From Mytilus edulis (lineage: Eukaryota), in NCBI RefSeq assembly GCF_963676685.1, contig NC_092354.1, forward strand, positions 67,456,001 through 67,520,000: a stretch of DNA of 64,000 nucleotides. Direction: 5' to 3'. The stretch's first letter is position 1; every line of letters starts with the position of its first letter. Positions 35,370 to 48,316 of this stretch are shown in pieces. Under the pieces are notes generated by a model. That model was not told the DNA's origin. It was given only the letters and a program-made list of their open reading frames with translations, and did no database searches. The position numbers were made by a program, and so were the translations under genes.

Positions 35370-36719
35370 TCCCCACCATGCCAGATATAACCATTAATAT
35401 CAATGGCATAATTTCACTTCTTAAAAAAATTAACTCCCATAAAGCTAGTGGGCCTTCCAATATCCCTGTTATTTTCCTAAATAAACTCTAGGAAGAAATA
35501 TCCCCCTTCCTTGAATTCATTTTTCAAAAATCTATAAATGATGGAAAAAGCCAAATGTTATCCCAATTTTAAAAAAGAGAGATAGGCATAAGGAAATTAA
35601 TTACAGGCCGGTTTCTTTAACGGCTACTTGCTGTAAGGTATTAGAACACGTAATAACAAGCAATATTAGAAAACATTTAGATTCAAATAATATTTTAAAT
35701 GATTGCCAACATGGATTTAGGAGTAAACGTTCCTGTGAAGCACAACTTATTATCATCATACAGGACAGAGCCAACTACAGTGTATTTGGCAGATTGTAAT
35801 CAGATCGATGTAATACTTTTATATTTTCGATAAGGTCTCATATCAAAGATTAATATCAAAACTAAATTACTATGGTATACGTAAAAATTATTTACTTTGG
35901 ATAAAAGATTTTATCAACAGAAACAGAAAGTCCTACTTAACTGTGTGTAATCTTTCAAATTGGCTGTTGACTCAGGGCACAGTATTATGCCCAACTTTAT
36001 TTTTGTTATTCATAAACGACTTATCTGAGCATGTCTCCTGTAAGGTTCGTCTTTTTGCTGACGACTGTTTACTTTATAAAACATCTTACAATACAAATGA
36101 GTCTTGCGCACACCAAAAAGATCTATCAAACCCTAAAAAATGGGAATTTGAATGGCAAATGAAATTTAATCCTGAAAAATGCTACGTCAAACATATTTGT
36201 AAAAAATCAAAACCTAATTTATTTCAATATACATTACATAATCATGTACTTTAATCTGTCAACGACAGCAAGTACAAATGTATCTAGGAGTTACAATAAG
36301 CAATGATATTGACTGGGAGCCCTATATTAATAATATAATTTCAAAGGCTAATAAAACACTAGGCTTTCTACGTAGAAACATGAACAACTGTACACGTAAG
36401 GTTAAAAACCATACGTACACATCACTTGTGCGTCCGACCGTCGAGTACTCCTCATCAGTTTGGGATCCATACAAACAAAACCAAATTAACCAAATTGAGC
36501 AGATACAACGAAAAGCAGCAAAATATGGTTTAATGACTATAATGATAGATCACCATGAGCTGTCACTGGTATGTCAAACTAACTTATATGGGAAAATTTG
36601 CAATCCCCCAGAATAAAAGCTAAACTTGTTCTTATTTATAAGATTAATGGGGGTTTTGTTGAAGTCACTAATGACGTCCTGACTCAGGCTGACCGGTGTA
36701 CTAAAGGACAACATAAATT
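35370..36719 (+). mobile_element. Decayed CR1/L2-group LINE ORF2, left part; continues at 40874-41030
   Basis: NYRPVSLT, QHGFRSKRSCEAQL, QGTVLCPTLFLLFINDL, RLFADDCLLY, YLGVTIS, LVRPTVEYSSSVWDP. Confidence 0.85.
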
Positions 36720-39700
36720 CAGGGCCGTAAATTGCCTCCCCTGGAAGGTGAGGCACCCTGCTGAGTGGAGCGAGGAAAAAAAAATTTGGACCCTTTTTAG
36801 ACAAAAAATGATTTTTTTTCGGGTTTTTTCCCTGTATGCAATATACCTCCCCAGAATCCACCACTTGTTAGAATTTTTAAGCGCCTAAAAATATTGAATA
36901 CAGTTGTCTGCTCTATGATCGGGTTGTTGTCTCTTTGACATTTTATTACTCATACTTTTGATCATCAAATTCAAATTAATATAAAGTAACACTGTTTGTT
37001 TATACTGAAAGTTTTATTTGGTTAAGCTTTATCAAATGCCAAGGCGATTTTTCTGTGACCGTATGAATCCCATCTCTTGAGCTCTTCTATACCTTCAATA
37101 TTGCCAAAATTGTCACTTCTATGAATGTGTAGCATAGCAAGACCATACAATCTGTTTTCCGTCATTGTTGACCTATTCCTTGTTTTGAGGCGCCGTAGCG
37201 CAGAAAACGATCTTTCACAACTGCAAGACCCAACTGGCAAGGCTAACAGAAGCAGTTGTATTTGTCTTATATTTGGGTAAAACTGCGTGTGTTTGATTGC
37301 TTGCTCTATTGTTCATTTTGACCCAATCTCCTTAATCGACGTAAAAGTTTTCCATCTGTGAACTCCTTGTGGCAAGTCATCAGGGTATGGAATATCATTT
37401 ATATACTCATTAGCAATAGAGCCTATAATGTCTTCCGTCAACTTACAAAAGTACCGTGGTAGCAAGTAAAATCCGTAAAGCATTGGCTTAATATCGTCCG
37501 GAAATCTGTCATTGAGATGTTTAATGATGTGATCAATCAATGGTATAAAAATGTTGATCCAATAATGCTGTTCTACAGTTTCAGCTGTTGCATTTGCCCT
37601 ATGGCGTAAGCGTCACAGATGTTTGCGGTTTGTTGATTGTAATGTCGTTCTTATTTGCGATTGTAGATGCTCTTTTAAAAAGCCCATCAAAAGCTTCTTC
37701 TGCGTGTTCCCGTATCTCGAGAAAAGATGCAGCTAGTGAACGAGCTTGAACGTGTGCTTTCACAAGATCACAGTTTTCAGATTGAAGTTCTATGGACAAG
37801 GGTCTTAGGTATCCTAGTAGGAACTGGGTTACGACCGCTACAACTAATATTTCAAAGTTAAGAAGAGTCATTTTGTAAGATGTAGCATCTGAGTTGCCGA
37901 CGGTTTGGTTTTGAATTTCATCAAGAATGTCAAGCACCTTGTCATAGTGTTTCAACAGCCAAGTTAATGTATCAGTTCGTGATGTCCATCGAGTTTCTGC
38001 TAGTGTTGGTAGTAGTCGTTTTTCCTGGCTGAATAAACCTTCAAATTAAATTGAATCGCGATTTGACCTTCATCTTTCATTACAGATTTCATAATATTTT
38101 TGCTTTACTGGACGCACTGATAAACCATGTGAATTTCTCTAAAATTGCCATAAAATGTCTTACAACTGCGACTGACTGACAACTGTTAACAACGACAAGA
38201 TTAAGACAGTGCGATCGACAGTGCACGAAATACTTCGCATTTGAAAGCTCTCGAGTAATTCTCGTCTTGACACCAGATACTTCTCCAGTCATCGTAGAAC
38301 ATCCGTCATAACCTTGTCCTCTTAAACGAGTCAGGTCAAATCCCAATTCACGAAGTTTATTTAGTATGCATGTTAATATAGTCTCTGCGTTCGTTTTAAC
38401 AAGCTCTACAAAACCACAGAAATCTTCCGTTACATACCAAGCATCGTTTTCTGTATAAAAATACCGGATACAGATAGAAAGCTGCGCTTGGTTCGAGCAG
38501 TCTGTGCATTCGTCTGCCATCACACTGAAGAAATTAGATTGATTACATCTCCTTACAATTTTGCTTCTAATTTCCAATTCGCAACAATGTATGAATTCAT
38601 TATGAGCCAATGGTGACAAGTAGAATGAAATTCAAAACAGTGTGGCTGTGGCCATTGATTGACACATTGAATTCATCCATTGACTGGGACAATTTAGGTG
38701 AACGTTTGTATGTAACGGACAACTGCTCACTATGGACCTTTTTAAGACATTTAAACTATGGGGTCACCAAAGGTTCTCTTCACATCAATAAAGTAATTCG
38801 AAAAAAATTAATCAGAAATAACACGATGTTTTGATTTATATCAATTATATAAATCAAAACATAAAGGTAATTTCTGATTAATTTTTCGAATTATTTTATA
38901 ATTAAAGGCGTTAAGAAACCTTGGTGACCCTACAGTTTAAATGTCTATCGTAGGTACGTCGTGAACAGTGGTCGTTACAGACTAACGTTCACGTAAATTG
39001 TCCCAGTCAATGGATGAATTTAATGTGTAAATCAATGGCCACAGCCACACTGTTTTGAATTTCATTCCATTTCCCATCAGAACATTTCTGTTCAATATGT
39101 TCCTTAAGGACCAAGTCAAAAGAAGATTTCCAATTCACAAAAAACATGAAATTTCCATCTTCCTCTGAAATTTCTTTTTTTCCAATTCCCCCGTAATGCT
39201 ATATTCCGTTTACCTAGGGTGATTATTACGTCTATCAGAGATAAAAGACTAGCTCTATTTTTTCAACCTTGTCACTGTATGCTTTGCTAATAGACTGGAC
39301 TATAGATGGCCTTCTCTGATCCGAAACCGATAGTAGGAGACCACTTTTTTCAAGAGCTTTCAGGTGACGCTCGCTATTAGAATGGAGCGCAAGACGACCT
39401 CTCTTCTCTCCTAATGCGTTTTTCCAGTCATTGTAAGGTATGGTAACACATTCATTGTATCGTGGATTTTCACTAGGGTGATCCTGAAAAGCAATACATA
39501 GAGAACAGTAAGCACAATCTTGTGAAGAAGAATATCGTAGCCAGGAATAGTCATTTTCCCATGATTTGTTGTAGCGACGATTTTGGTTATTTTTAGGATA
39601 TATATAAGAATTAGACGATGGTATCCATTTTGTCTTCAGTAGTTTCAGTCGATCTTCATCGGATAGAGAGCGCTTGTTGAATTTGACGGGATTACTGTAA

Positions 39701-40873
39701 TCGATTGGTGATAATAGTATTTCAGAAAATGTTGAAGGCGTGTTTTCACTGCATGCTAGCGCAGGTTCTGCCTCGATCACTGATTCATTTGGGGATGGAT
39801 TAATAGCTACTGAATTTTCATCGATGTCTCCCGTTTCTTCGTTTCCCGCTTTTCGAGCAACTTTAAAGTAAGAATCCAAACTTCTTTGCTTGTTACTTGT
39901 TTGGCGTTTTGACCTGCAATAAAATTTCCAATTGTTTAATTTCTAGTGTTTTATTATATGTCGGGCCTTCAATGATATGTAATAGGGATGGATCTATTTA
40001 AAAAAGGGGGAATTCCAACGCATGCAATTTCTACAAAGAAAAAGGGGGTCAACAAAATGTTGCCATACGAAATGAATACATCGGTTGTCAAAATAAAAAG
40101 TGGGTCTAACTTCCTGACCCAAACCTCGGATCAGCAACTGTGTTCACATAGCAATAAATTCATACAAGCGACAAACTCAGTTTGTTTTGGTGTTTTTTTT
40201 TTAAATATCGGTTTGCGGAAAAGGTGCAGGATGTTAAAAATATAATGACGGAATTAACGGGGGACTTCAAAAACAAGTGACAACGTACAGGCTGTCTTTT
40301 GGAAATGTCTAGAAAAAATCACCCGACACTGATCAGGACCGGTTATTATAAATTATATCAACTAAATTGTGGTGTCATGGAACCTCGGCTCTTGACATAA
40401 AATTCACAGTTATACTTACATTATTAACAAGTTGGTTAGTCTATGCACAAATTATGACGATTCATCTAGTTGTTAACCATTTAATGTGGCGCAACATCAG
40501 AACCAGTGGTCCAGTTTCAATCTGCTCCTCTGTCTGATATGGCGAGACAGCAGGATTTTTATTATGCCCGCGAATGAGACACAGGAAAATCCCGTGCTAC
40601 AAAATTGGCGGGAAATTTTTACGTGTGAAAAGGAGTTGGGTACCGTTCAGCGATATTCACCAGATTTAAATATCGAACACACCCTGTAATTATGATAAAT
40701 CACCTTGTTGGTCAAATTAATAACCGGTGCTATTAAAATAATGCATGATTTTAACCATTTTTTTTAATTTTCTGGGTTTTTTTTTTCGTATTTTTTTGGG
40801 GGTGAAGGGGGGGGGGGGTCAGCTCGCAATAGGAGGCAACTGCCTACATGCCTCCATGTAATTTACGGCCCTG
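36720..40873 (-). mobile_element. Full-length but inactivated hAT transposon (ZMYM1/P52rIPK-like transposase)
   Basis: Perfect 14-bp TIRs CAGGGCCGTAAATT. ORF pieces carry a TTF-type zinc finger (WLRYS..D.AYC..C..F), FSVMADECTD, RGQGYDG, FVHCRSHCLNL, ETRW and the dimerisation motif SCERSFSALRRLKTRNRSTM..RL.GLAMLHIH. Frameshifts present. Confidence 0.93.
38623..39067. mobile_element. About 445-bp fold-back (palindromic) MITE inserted in the hAT transposase
   Basis: GAATGAAATTCAAAACAGTGTGGCTGTGGCCATTGATT... is mirrored at 39030-39067, with arms pairing almost to the centre (about 38845). Flanks ta/ca. Removal restores DGK-Y-LSPLAHNE. Confidence 0.88.
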
Positions 40874-41030
40874 CATTTTAAACATATATATATACAAATA
40901 AAGACTTTTTATGTCATCTTTTTTCCAGAAGCACTATTGCTGTCTGGAACAATCCCCCAGAAGCAATATGCATGTCACCCTCCCTTGATTCCTTCAAAGG
41001 TGGTATCTCCGCCTTAACATTTGGAGGATC
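40874..41030 (+). mobile_element. 3' remainder of the LINE interrupted by the hAT
   Basis: Continues ..FKHIYTNKD, with SFF...TIAVWNNPP and SLDSFKG-like C-terminal LINE motifs. Confidence 0.7.
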
Positions 41031-41778
41031 CTGTCTGGTTAATTAGTAAATTTATTTAAGCCACTGTACATAATGTGAATTTGTTAAGAATTAAACTCCA
41101 ACTAATTTTAAATTGTAATTGAACTGTGGCAAATATTTTTTTTTTTTGATATAACACAATTTTCGACCTCCATTTGCATGTACATAGCGCCACAGTTCTG
41201 GGATATTCCACACTACGGCTCCGGAGTCTTTTCCGTATCAGGAAGAAGAAAGAAGATTTGTTAACATCTTTGTCATTTGGTTTAAGATGGGGAGTTGTCT
41301 CATTTTGTAATTCTTGTATTGAACACATCTTATACTATATGAATATGAATGCGTTTGGGCTTCGTGTGACCCAATAAGGCACTTTTGTTTTTCAAATAAT
41401 TAAGACAGGTTAATGTGTTTGCGTGTCATCACGGTGCGGAGCTATTAGTTTCAATAGACATACACGCCATCTTGAAATAAATACTGATCACTGATTGGCT
41501 ACTTTATGATGCGGCTGAGAATCAGCAACAGCCATTGGTTTAAATGAGATGAAGAATTACAGACTTTTTTCTCATTCAGGATATAAAGTCATTAAAAGCC
41601 GGAAAATTAACTATGTGCATATCAGTTCCGATCAACTGTCATTAATTCATGTTCGTTTTATTATGCATATATATTACACACTGAAATTCAATATTGAAAT
41701 ATCAATTATCAATACACGTTTATTTGCTTCGTCAACCTGCAATATGCACGATTTGTTCTGCGAAACAGTGTTCCTATA

Positions 41779-44700
41779 TACGGAGCGCCGATAGGGACAT
41801 ACAAAGAAAAAAAATATATATAGTGCGCACATAATAATATATTTTGCGCACAATTTAAATATATTGTGCGCACAATTTAAATATATTGTGCGCACAATTT
41901 AAATATATTGTGCGCATAATTTAAAGATATTGTGCGCACAACTTAAACATATTGTGCACACCAAAATAGTATACTGTGTGCCCAAAATAAGTCAAACAGT
42001 TTTCACTTGAACATGACCTCATTTCATGGATCATTGAACAAGGTTAAGTCGGAATCTCAGATACCATATGCAATAATTCTTCTATATTTGGTTGTATGGA
42101 ACGATTGTAATGTCTACTTGAACACTTGGCAGGTGTCATCTGACCTTTACCTCATTTTCAGGGTTGAGTGGACCGGCAAAGTAGAATTATGTTTCGGTCT
42201 ATTCCTCGGATACTATAACCATCCAGCTAGATATATTTGGAATATGGAATGTTTATTTGGTGTAATTGTCTTTCTTGCAGTAATAATCTGACCTTGATTT
42301 TATATTCATGGTTCATTGGTCCATGTTGTTTGATTCTTGTTTGGTCTGTTTTTCAAATACTATAAAGAATAAGTGAACTATATTTGTTTGGTGGAATGAT
42401 TGTAAGATATAAATATTTGTCTGGTCTGTATTATCTGACCTTGAACTTTTCATGTTTATTGGTTAATGATATATATCTCAGAATAGGTCTATTTTGTAGA
42501 TACGATAGTAAAGGTATAGTTTAACTATATATGTTATGTATACTACTATCAGATACTAACATGCCAGCACCAGACCTCAACTGATTGAAAATCTATAGCT
42601 ATGTCTAAATCATAATTATGAACATCAAACACAACCTTTCCCGTTAGGTGTTGAGTATCATACCATAAAATATATGAGAAGACTGAATATAACCCGTATT
42701 TGTATGAGCTATTGTGTATACTATGTAATTGTTTCATTGGCAATCGAACCAATCGCAATCATTCACCCCACAAGTTTTTAAATAAATGATGCACCAAAAC
42801 GGACCATATTTGGAAAACATGAATCATAATTGTTTTGTTTGTTTTCAAAATATTCCACTGAGGAGTACATTTTCATTTACTATTCCTAAATTGCTTTTTT
42901 TCATTTCTGTTTCATAATGTACGAACAACATTCTATAAATTGTATAATGAAATCGATTATCATCAAAAATAGAGCTAGTGACCTATTGTTCCCTCTTCTA
43001 TTAATCAGAATGAAACTAAAACTTGACCTTAAACATTTGTACATATATCTTAAAAAAATTAAATCATAATAAGCATACTGTGTTTGTCGTGTATTGGTTT
43101 GGTTAATATCTGTTTTTCGTTTTGTTATAGTAATTTGCGGCCTTTTATAGTTTGCAGTTTGGTGTGAGCCAACGCTCCGTGATGAAGACCTTACTATAAC
43201 CTATAATTATTAACTTTAAATAAAAGAGGGACGAAAGATACCAAAGGGACAGTCAAATTCATAAATCTAAAACAAACTGACAACGCCATGGCTAAAAATG
43301 AAAAAGACAAACAGAAAAACAATAGTACACATGACACAACATAGAAAACTAAAGAAATAAACAACACGAACCCCACCAAAAACTAGGGGTGATCTCAGGT
43401 GCTCCGTAAGGGTGAGCAGATCCTGCTCCACATGTGGCACCCATCGTGTTGCTTATGTGATAACAAATCCGGTAAATAATCTAATTCGGTAGGTCACATT
43501 CATGAAAGGGAAGGGGATTGTAGTTACGACCTAAGGAACATATCCGATATCATTTGTGAAACGGTTATTCCATAACGGTCAACCAACTTTTAATAAAAGA
43601 TGGGCGAAAGATACCAGAGGAACAGTAAAACTCATAAAATTATGACTTTGATAGAGGGCTGTCTCATTGGCACTCATATTGCCTCTCCTGATTTATATAT
43701 GTACTCAGTTTTATCTTTATTTGATCATGACTCATCACACCGTCACATTTCAATAACGAACAGTACATCTTGGGTCAAAACCGTACTTAATCATGATCCA
43801 ACATGGTCATCTTTTATAAAGATCTTGTAAGTGTACTCAGTTTTCAGTGGACTGGCTTAACTTACTCTTCACTTTCACAATGACATCTCAAAGTTTAGAT
43901 GACATTAAAACTTCATCATAATCTATAACCAACACATTTATCATCAATAGAGACGGACGGATGTCAGATCGTAAAATCATTTAAATATAATGACCATCTA
44001 TATCGTCGACGAGGCATTTTTTTTATTTGTCAAATTTAGACATGTTTCCAAGTTTTATCGTATTATTTCTTTTTTTTATCCATTAGAATCGAAATAAAGA
44101 AGCGTCGCCAGTACAACTGCATTTGCGACCGTCAAATTGACGGTGGCAACTCTTCAACTACAGTACTGTTATTCCTTAAATCTCAGTCGTCAATTGAGCA
44201 ACATATCAGTCTTGTACCAATCAACATAAACGCAATCTAGAGATTTGTAGACATGAAGTATAATGCATAAGTGCAAAAATTAAATGTATTTATCAAAGTT
44301 GTACAAAAGTCGAACATGAAGAATGTTGTTGTTGTTTATAATTAACACGTGTTGAGTTATTTATAGTAAGGTCGGTTTGAAAGGGGTTTAAAGTTTCATG
44401 CACGAGTTAATTCAGGTAGTTTAAAGCCATTGCAGTTAAAGTGACCAGTAGCACTTTTCTAAATAAATAATATAATAATTTTAAATTAATTATTTTCAGA
44501 TTTGTTCATCTTTAGTATGCGGTAACCAGTACCAGCTGAGAATGTTCGATGTAGTCACACAAAAACATTGATTTCATTATACATATACGAATAATAAAAT
44601 GCAAGTGACGTCTCCCATGTGAGAGTTTGTGGTTATTTGATTAATATTTTATATTCGTTTGAGTTTACGAATTAGAATTTAATAGTAGTTTTAAATTTGT

Positions 44701-45334
44701 TACAATAAAACACTTAACACCATATTATCAAAGTCTACATAAGTTCGATAGTGACCTCGCTCTATTGCGAAGTTTGTTTCAAACCGGTCAAATTAACACT
44801 GATATAATGTGGCAGCTTCCAACACATCGGTCAATAAACCAAGTTTCAGACGAAATACACATAACTTATTCAGTATTCCTGTCAGGTGACGATAAAAATG
44901 CAGGGATGATTTTTTGCCAAAAAATTGCGTATTTTCTTTTAATCTATCCCCATTTCAAAAGAAGATTTTAAATCTTATGCATTTCACCATTCTGTCACTT
45001 TAAAAAGGAGACATTAAAGCCCCATACCATGTGTAAGGTCATAGAATTTAACGAACAATGTTTTGTGTGCACAATATATTTAAGATGTGCGCACAATAAA
45101 GTTATTTAAGTTGTGAGCACAATATTTTTAAGTTGTGCGGACAATATATTTGAGTGGTGCGCACAATATATTATTTTGTGCGCACATTACATTATTTTGT
45201 GCGCACAATATATGTTTTTGTACGCACATTACATTATTTTGTGCGGACAATATATTATTTTGTACGCACAATATATTTAAGTTGTGCACACAATATATTT
45301 GTTTTGCTTTGCATGTCCCTATCGGGGCTCCGTG
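41779..45334. mobile_element. 3.5-kb composite element bounded by inverted arms with roughly 21-bp tgtgcgcaca tandem arrays
   Basis: ACGGAGCgCCGATAGGGACAT (41780-41800) and ATGTCCCTATCGGgGCTCCGT (45313-45333); flanks tcctata/ccctata. Confidence 0.6.
43222..43590. repeat. Copy of the abundant repeat also found at 4975-5300
   Basis: Shares gaaagataccaaagg.aca.tcaaa.tcataa...gccatggctaaaaa..aaaaga...ccccaccaaaaact...ctaattcggtaggtcacatt; AACTT.TAATAAAAGA-like duplication at both ends. Confidence 0.75.
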
Positions 45335-46204
45335 CCCTATACAACGTTTTCACAAAAGCATTAATTTATCTGTATTTTATAACTTCTCCTAATCAAGACA
45401 CACCTCCAGAGAGGCAGACCCGTAACGCACACTCTTAAAGTAAATCCATTTTATATCAATCAACTATCTAAGAATATCACATGCACACATATTACATTAA
45501 ATTAGGATAGAGCGAAGCAGTCCACAGCTTTAAGGAAATGTAAAACTTGTAATTGATTATTATCCCTCAATAAGTGCTGTTGATGTTTTTGATAAATTGT
45601 ACAACAATTCTACATGAAGTTAGAGGAATTCCATACAGAATTATAAAAGAACAAGAAAATAAATATACCACAACTCATGCACACACAGAGATACAGAACA
45701 CACGAACATTCAAAGTATCCTTGTAACACTTGTCAGTTTAATGCACATTTAACAGTATGACGTTGTGGATTATGTATTTTATGTGAATTTGTAATACGAA
45801 AGTTACTGTAAAGGCAATTAGTGACAATCATACTGATTAAAAATTTACATTTTAAAACAGCGGTTCATCGGTTCCATAATAATATATTTTAATACATCAC
45901 TTTCACATACTAAAATCAATTTTCTGATTGTTTTTTTGAGTCTTTTAAAGTATGTTTGCATGAAATGGAATGACATCTGAAACGTTGCTGTTGGAATAGA
46001 AATTCGTGATTATTAGACGATAACCATCACATTTGAAAATTCATTTATGAAAGCCTACTATAGGTCGTACATGCAAAAGAAATAGAATATCAATAAAAGC
46101 GAGTCGATTTGTACTTGGTGAAAATCTATTTTACATAATATTTATTGATTTCTGCACTTCGATTATAGCATTTGTGGTATTCAGACATCCTACAAATATA
46201 CACC

Positions 46205-46684
46205 ATGGAAAAGGTTATTTACACGATATATAACAAGGGTGACAAATCTGAAATTTCGAAAACAATTTTGGATAAAATTTCGTGTAATGGGTCAAGTGCT
46301 GGTAGACAGATAATATCTGCCTTCACTGAGGACAAAACTGTTGTTGATTTTCATTTCCAACGACATTCAACATGTACATCCAATATTTTGGACTTCATAA
46401 GAGGAGATTTATTACATATCCCAGCTGACGTCTGTCCAAAGAAATTTCGACAGGAAATGGAATTTTGGGGAATACCTGAAAATGAAATAGCAACTTGTTG
46501 TTTAACTAAATATCAAAGTTTTTTGGATGATGAAAAAACATTTAGAGTTTTACAACGAGATGAAAATGAGCGACATGCGCGAAAGGAAAGAATAAACGTT
46601 CTTAGCAAAGGCAAGGGATGGAAGGCAATACAGGCAAAAATGTGGCAAGTTATGGAATATCCGAGCACTTCAGTCATGGCAAAG
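46205..46684 (+). CDS. Divergent Shaw/Kv3-like K+ channel subunit B, exon 1 (T1 domain)
   Basis: accATGg start, homologous to gene A (MEK). LLHIPADVCPKKFRQEMEFWGIPENEIATCC; MWQVMEYPSTSVMAK|gtgagt. Confidence 0.9.
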
Positions 46685-47449
46685 GTGAGTAACAAATATA
46701 TATTATATATATTATATGTCGGGGCCATTTTATTCGACTTCACGGTAAGTTGTATTTACTGTTGTGGGGTGTATTATAGTTGCCTATAATTGCTTGTATA
46801 AACTTCATTAGAACTTTGGTGGACATTTGTCTCATTGGTTTTCCTACCACATATCTTTATCGTTATATAACATACAGATTTCAACTTTTATTTTTTACAT
46901 AATAAAGTTGTGTTAAAAATATTTGGTGACTTCTTAAATTTATGCTTGCCATTTAATTTGTTTTTAAATAATTTCTTTAAAAAATGATGAAATAATGTGA
47001 ACTGATATAGGCAAATTGATATTATGTAAAAAGTTTTTATAATATATACTGATGAATTCTACACTTGATATATACACTATATTTAAAGAATGTAGATTTT
47101 TATTACGTTAAATATTCGACTGAGGTTTTTCTCTAAATTCAGTAACTAATACCAGAGATTCTCCGACTAACGCTACTAAGACAACAGATATTCAATAAAA
47201 GTGATTTACATAAAAAAAAATTTAATTAAACGACAAGGAATTGACACATTTGCTGATGAATATAGACATGCATGTATAGATATAAATGCACCATTAACTG
47301 TCAGTCAGATTGCAATTCAACAAAACACATGTAGCAAACGCAGAGTCTGTTGAACATTGTTATAAGGTTTTGACAATAAACCAAAGGAAACATATATATA
47401 TATGTGTATAGTATAAATGTTAAATTCGCTTCTTTTCACTATTTTTCAG

Positions 47450-48316
47450 ATTTTCATGGTATTCAGCAATTTAATAGTACTGCTATCTTTATTCATTCTT
47501 GTGGCTAGCACGTCTCCGATGTTTTATGAATCATTAACCGAAGGTGAATGGGAAGAATATTTAAATGAAATAGAAAAAGAAAAATACGGATGGAAAGAAG
47601 CGGGCAGTTTTAATGAAACAATAATCGACCTTTTGCCAGACCTAACAAGTCGAGTGGAATGTTTGGACTATTTAGAATTGATAACTATTGTTTATTTTAC
47701 AATTGAGATCATTTGTAGGATTGTTTTCTTTCCCTTGACCTGGAAAGATTTCTTTAACTTTTTCATTGTTGTGGATGCCGTGTCCCTAATAGTGATGTAC
47801 GTTGACATGATAGCAAACGGGGTCGACGAACGAGAGAAATACGAGGACACGTTTGTTGAAGCGATAAAATCCCTGCAGATTATCCGAGTCATGAGACTTT
47901 TTCGGTTGTTGAAGCATGTGTCTAGTTTTCGCATTTTAGTCTTTACTATCCGTGCAAGTTTGAAAGATTTGCTTTTGATGTTACTTTGTCTTTTAACAGC
48001 AGTGCTAATATTTTCCTCCTTAGCCTTTTTCACACGTGATCCTGCTTTTACAAGCATCCCACAGGCATCATGGTGGGCAATTGTTACCTTGACAACTGTA
48101 GGGTACGGAGATATCGTTCCGAAAACATTGCCGGCAAGGTTAGTTGCCTCTGCATGCGCAGTAATTGGTGTATGTATGCTCGCTATACTGATTCCATCAC
48201 TTGTAAATAATTTCATGCTTTTTAACAGTCAACTTAATGTGATGCAACAAAAGAAGAAAACGAAAAACGAAGCATTTCTGGAAAACAGTGTTCTACCAGT
48301 CAATAAAAAAATTTGA
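47450..48316 (+). CDS. Kv subunit B, exon 2 (S1-S6); total 448 aa
   Basis: tttcag|ATT in frame. S4 KSLQIIRVMRLFRLLKH; pore WWAIVTLTTVGYGDIVP; S6 GVCMLAILIPSLVNNF. Confidence 0.93.
   Translation: MFMVFSNLIVLLSLFILVASTSPMFYESLTEGEWEEYLNEIEKEKYGWKEAGSFNETIIDLLPDLTSRVECLDYLELITIVYFTIEIICRIVFFPLTWKDFFNFFIVVDAVSLIVMYVDMIANGVDEREKYEDTFVEAIKSLQIIRVMRLFRLLKHVSSFRILVFTIRASLKDLLLMLLCLLTAVLIFSSLAFFTRDPAFTSIPQASWWAIVTLTTVGYGDIVPKTLPARLVASACAVIGVCMLAILIPSLVNNFMLFNSQLNVMQQKKKTKNEAFLENSVLPVNKKI

Noticed and set aside
37022-39879. Domesticated host gene (ZMYM1/THAP12-like)
   Set aside because: It has intact TIRs, multiple frameshifts and a MITE insertion, so it is a dead transposon.
45135-45438. Repetitive ORFs (also 41674..41895, 25253..25540, 17186..17377)
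   Set aside because: Translations of short tandem or microsatellite DNA.
47692-48216. 174-aa minus-strand ORF (also 46513..46743)
   Set aside because: Antisense shadows of the Kv gene B exons with no recognisable motifs.
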